Of a stretch of DNA of 13,619 nucleotides, positions 11,676 through 13,619 are shown piece by piece (position 1 is the first letter of the stretch; each line of letters begins with the position of its first letter). The notes under the pieces were generated by a model. That model was not told the origin of the DNA and ran no database searches. It saw only the letters and a program-made list of their open reading frames with translations. The stretch lies in contig JBHGNT010000937.1 of assembly GCA_043228905.1 (NCBI GenBank), positions 1 through 13,619 on the forward strand, read 5' to 3'. The position numbers were made by a program, and so were the translations under genes. Source of the DNA: Azolla caroliniana (Eukaryota; Plantae; Polypodiophyta).

Positions 11676-11991
11676 TTTGAGTAGTGAGTTGAGAGGAGCC
11701 CTTGAATAAATGAAAATGTTCATACCTGGCTCGTGTCATATCGGATTTTTGTGTTGAAACATGCGAATCGAAGCTAACAACGCTAGCTATGATATGGAAT
11801 TAAAAAATCAAGATTTTGAAACTAAGGTCGAGAGACATGACGAAATTTCCAAATTTTGAGGAGTGAGTTGAGAGGAGCCCTGAGTAAATTAAAATGTTCA
11901 TACCTGGCACGTATCATATCGGATTTTTGTGATCAAACATGGGAATCGAAGCTAACAACGCTAGCTCTGATATGGAATTAAAAAATCAAGG

Positions 11992-13619
11992 TTTTGAAAC
12001 TCAGGTCGAGATACATGACGGAATTACCAAATTTGAGGAGCGAGTTGAGAGGAGCCCTTGATTAAATTAAAATGTTCATACCTGGCTCGTGTCATATCGG
12101 ATTTTTGTGTTCAAACATGCGAATCGAAGCTAACAACGCTAGCTATGATATGGAATTAAAAAATCAAGATTTTGAAACTCAGGTCGAGAGACATGACGAA
12201 ATTTCGAAATTTGAGGAGTGAGTTGAGAAGAGCCCTTGAGTAAATTAAAATGTTCATACCTGGCTCGTGTCATATCGGATTTTTGTGTTCAAACATGTGA
12301 ATCGAAGCTAACAACGCTAGTTATGATATGGAATTAAAAAATCAAGATTTTGAAACTCAGGTCGAGAGACATGACGAAATTTCCAAATTTGAGGAGTGAG
12401 TTGAGAAGAGCTAGGAGGTAAATTAAATAGTTCATACCTGGCTCGTGTGATGTCGGATTTTTGTGTTCAAACATGCGATTCGAAGCTAACAACGCTAGCT
12501 ATGATATGGAATTAAAAAATCAAGATTTTGAAACTCAGGTCGACAGACATGACGAAATTACCAAATTTGAGGAGTGAGTTGAGAAGAACCCTTGAGTAAA
12601 TGAAAATGTTCATACCTGGCTCGTGTGATATCGGAGTTTTGTGTTCAAACATGCGAATCGAAGCTAACAACACTACCTATGATATGGAACTAAAAAATCA
12701 AGATTTTGAAACTCAGGTCGAGAGACATGACGAAATTAGCAAACTTGAGGAAGTAGTGGAGAGGAGCCCTTGAGTAAGTGAAAATGTTCATACCTGGCTT
12801 GTGTGATATCGGATTTTTGTGTTCAAACATGCGAATCGAAGCTAACAACGCTAGCTCTGAAATGGAATTAAAAAATCAAGATTTTGAAACTCAGGTCGAG
12901 ATACATGACGAAATTACCAAATTTGAGGAGTGAGTTGAGAGGAGCCCTTGAGTAAATCAAAATGTTCATACCTGGCTCGTGTCATATCGGATTTTTGTGT
13001 TCAAACATGCGAATCGAAGCTAACAATGCTAGCTATGATATGGAATTAAAAAATCAAGATTTTGAAACGCAGGTCGCGAGACATGACGAAATTTCCAAAT
13101 TTGAGGAGTGAGTTGAGAAGAGCCCTTGAGTAAATGAAAATGTTCATACCTGGCTCGTGTGATATCAGAGTTTTGTGTTCAAACATGCGAATCGAAGCTA
13201 ACAACGCTAGCTATGATATGGAATTAAAAAATCAAGATTTTGAAACTCAGGTCGAGATACATGACGGAATTACCAAATTTGAGGAGCGAGTTGAGAGGAG
13301 CCCTTGATTAAATTAAAATGTTCATACCTGGCTCGTGTCATATCGGATTTTTGTGTTCAAACATGCGAATCGAAGCTAACAACGCTAGCTATGATATGGA
13401 ATTAAAAAATCAAGATTTTGAAACTCAGGTCGAGAGACATGACGAAATTTCGAAATTTGAGGAGTGAGTTGAGAAGAGCCCTTGAGTAAATTAAAATGTT
13501 CATACCTGGCTCGTGTCATATCGGATTTCTGTGTTCAAACATGTGAATCGAAGCTAACAACGCTAGTTATGATATGGAATTAAAAAATCAAGATTTTGAA
13601 ACTCAGGTCGAGAGACATG
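11992..13619. repeat. Higher-order duplication, 7-monomer offset: 11992-12373 repeated at 13238-13619 (runs off the window end)
   Basis: Offset 1246 = 7x178. Shared variants: GACGGAATT, GAGCGAG, TTGATTAAATT, TTTCGAAA, CATGTGAA. One mismatch seen, at 13529. Confidence 0.92.

Larger units (their letters stand above)
1..13619. repeat. 178-bp tandem satellite DNA array, about 76.5 monomers, probably centromeric or pericentromeric heterochromatin (family and organism unidentified)
   Basis: GTGTTCAAACATGCGAATCG recurs every 178 bp (1, 179, 357, 535, 713, 891, ... 13353, 13531). Only M19 (3205-3383) and M33 (5698-5876) are 179 bp. There is no non-repeat sequence and no strand switch. The centromeric assignment is an inference from nucleosome-scale unit length and higher-order structure. 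Confidence 0.99.

Noticed and set aside
1-13619. CRISPR-like or diversity-cassette array (conserved part plus variable part)
   Set aside because: The variable segments are homologous, few in type and recurrent, not unique spacers. The unit is far longer than a CRISPR repeat-spacer, and there are no cas, recombinase or reverse transcriptase genes.
1-13619. Single fixed-period higher-order repeat, embedded transposon, inversion or telomeric repeats
   Set aside because: Duplication offsets vary (6, 7, 8, 9, 14, 30-32 monomers). The 178-bp register is continuous from base 1 to the end, leaving no room for an insertion or strand switch.

Overview
The whole window is one uninterrupted head-to-tail satellite DNA array with a 178-bp monomer: 76 complete copies plus an 89-bp partial copy, all in one orientation. 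Monomers start at GTGTTCAAAC at 1, 179, 357, and so on to 13531, numbered M1-M77 below. Hand-derived consensus: GTGTTCAAACATGCGAATCGAAGCTAACAACGCTAGCTATGATATGGAATTAAAAAATCAAGATTTTGAAACTCAGGTCGAGAGACATGACGAAATTACCAAATTTGAGGAGTGAGTTGAGAGGAGCCCTTGAGTAAATCAAAATGTTCATACCTGGCTCGTGTGATATCGGATTTTT (about 38% GC). Unit length and organisation are typical of a eukaryotic centromeric or heterochromatic satellite. I do not recognise the family or species, and it does not resemble Arabidopsis CEN178 or primate alpha satellite as I recall them. No genes, RNA genes, transposons or CRISPR are supported. The structure of interest is internal: three haplotypes of a variable block, a patchwork of multi-monomer duplications (offsets of 6, 14, 8/9 and 7 monomers), a recurring ordered monomer cassette, strict length conservation, a CpG-transition pattern, and an inverted repeat whose two arms co-vary. 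All comparisons were made by eye.
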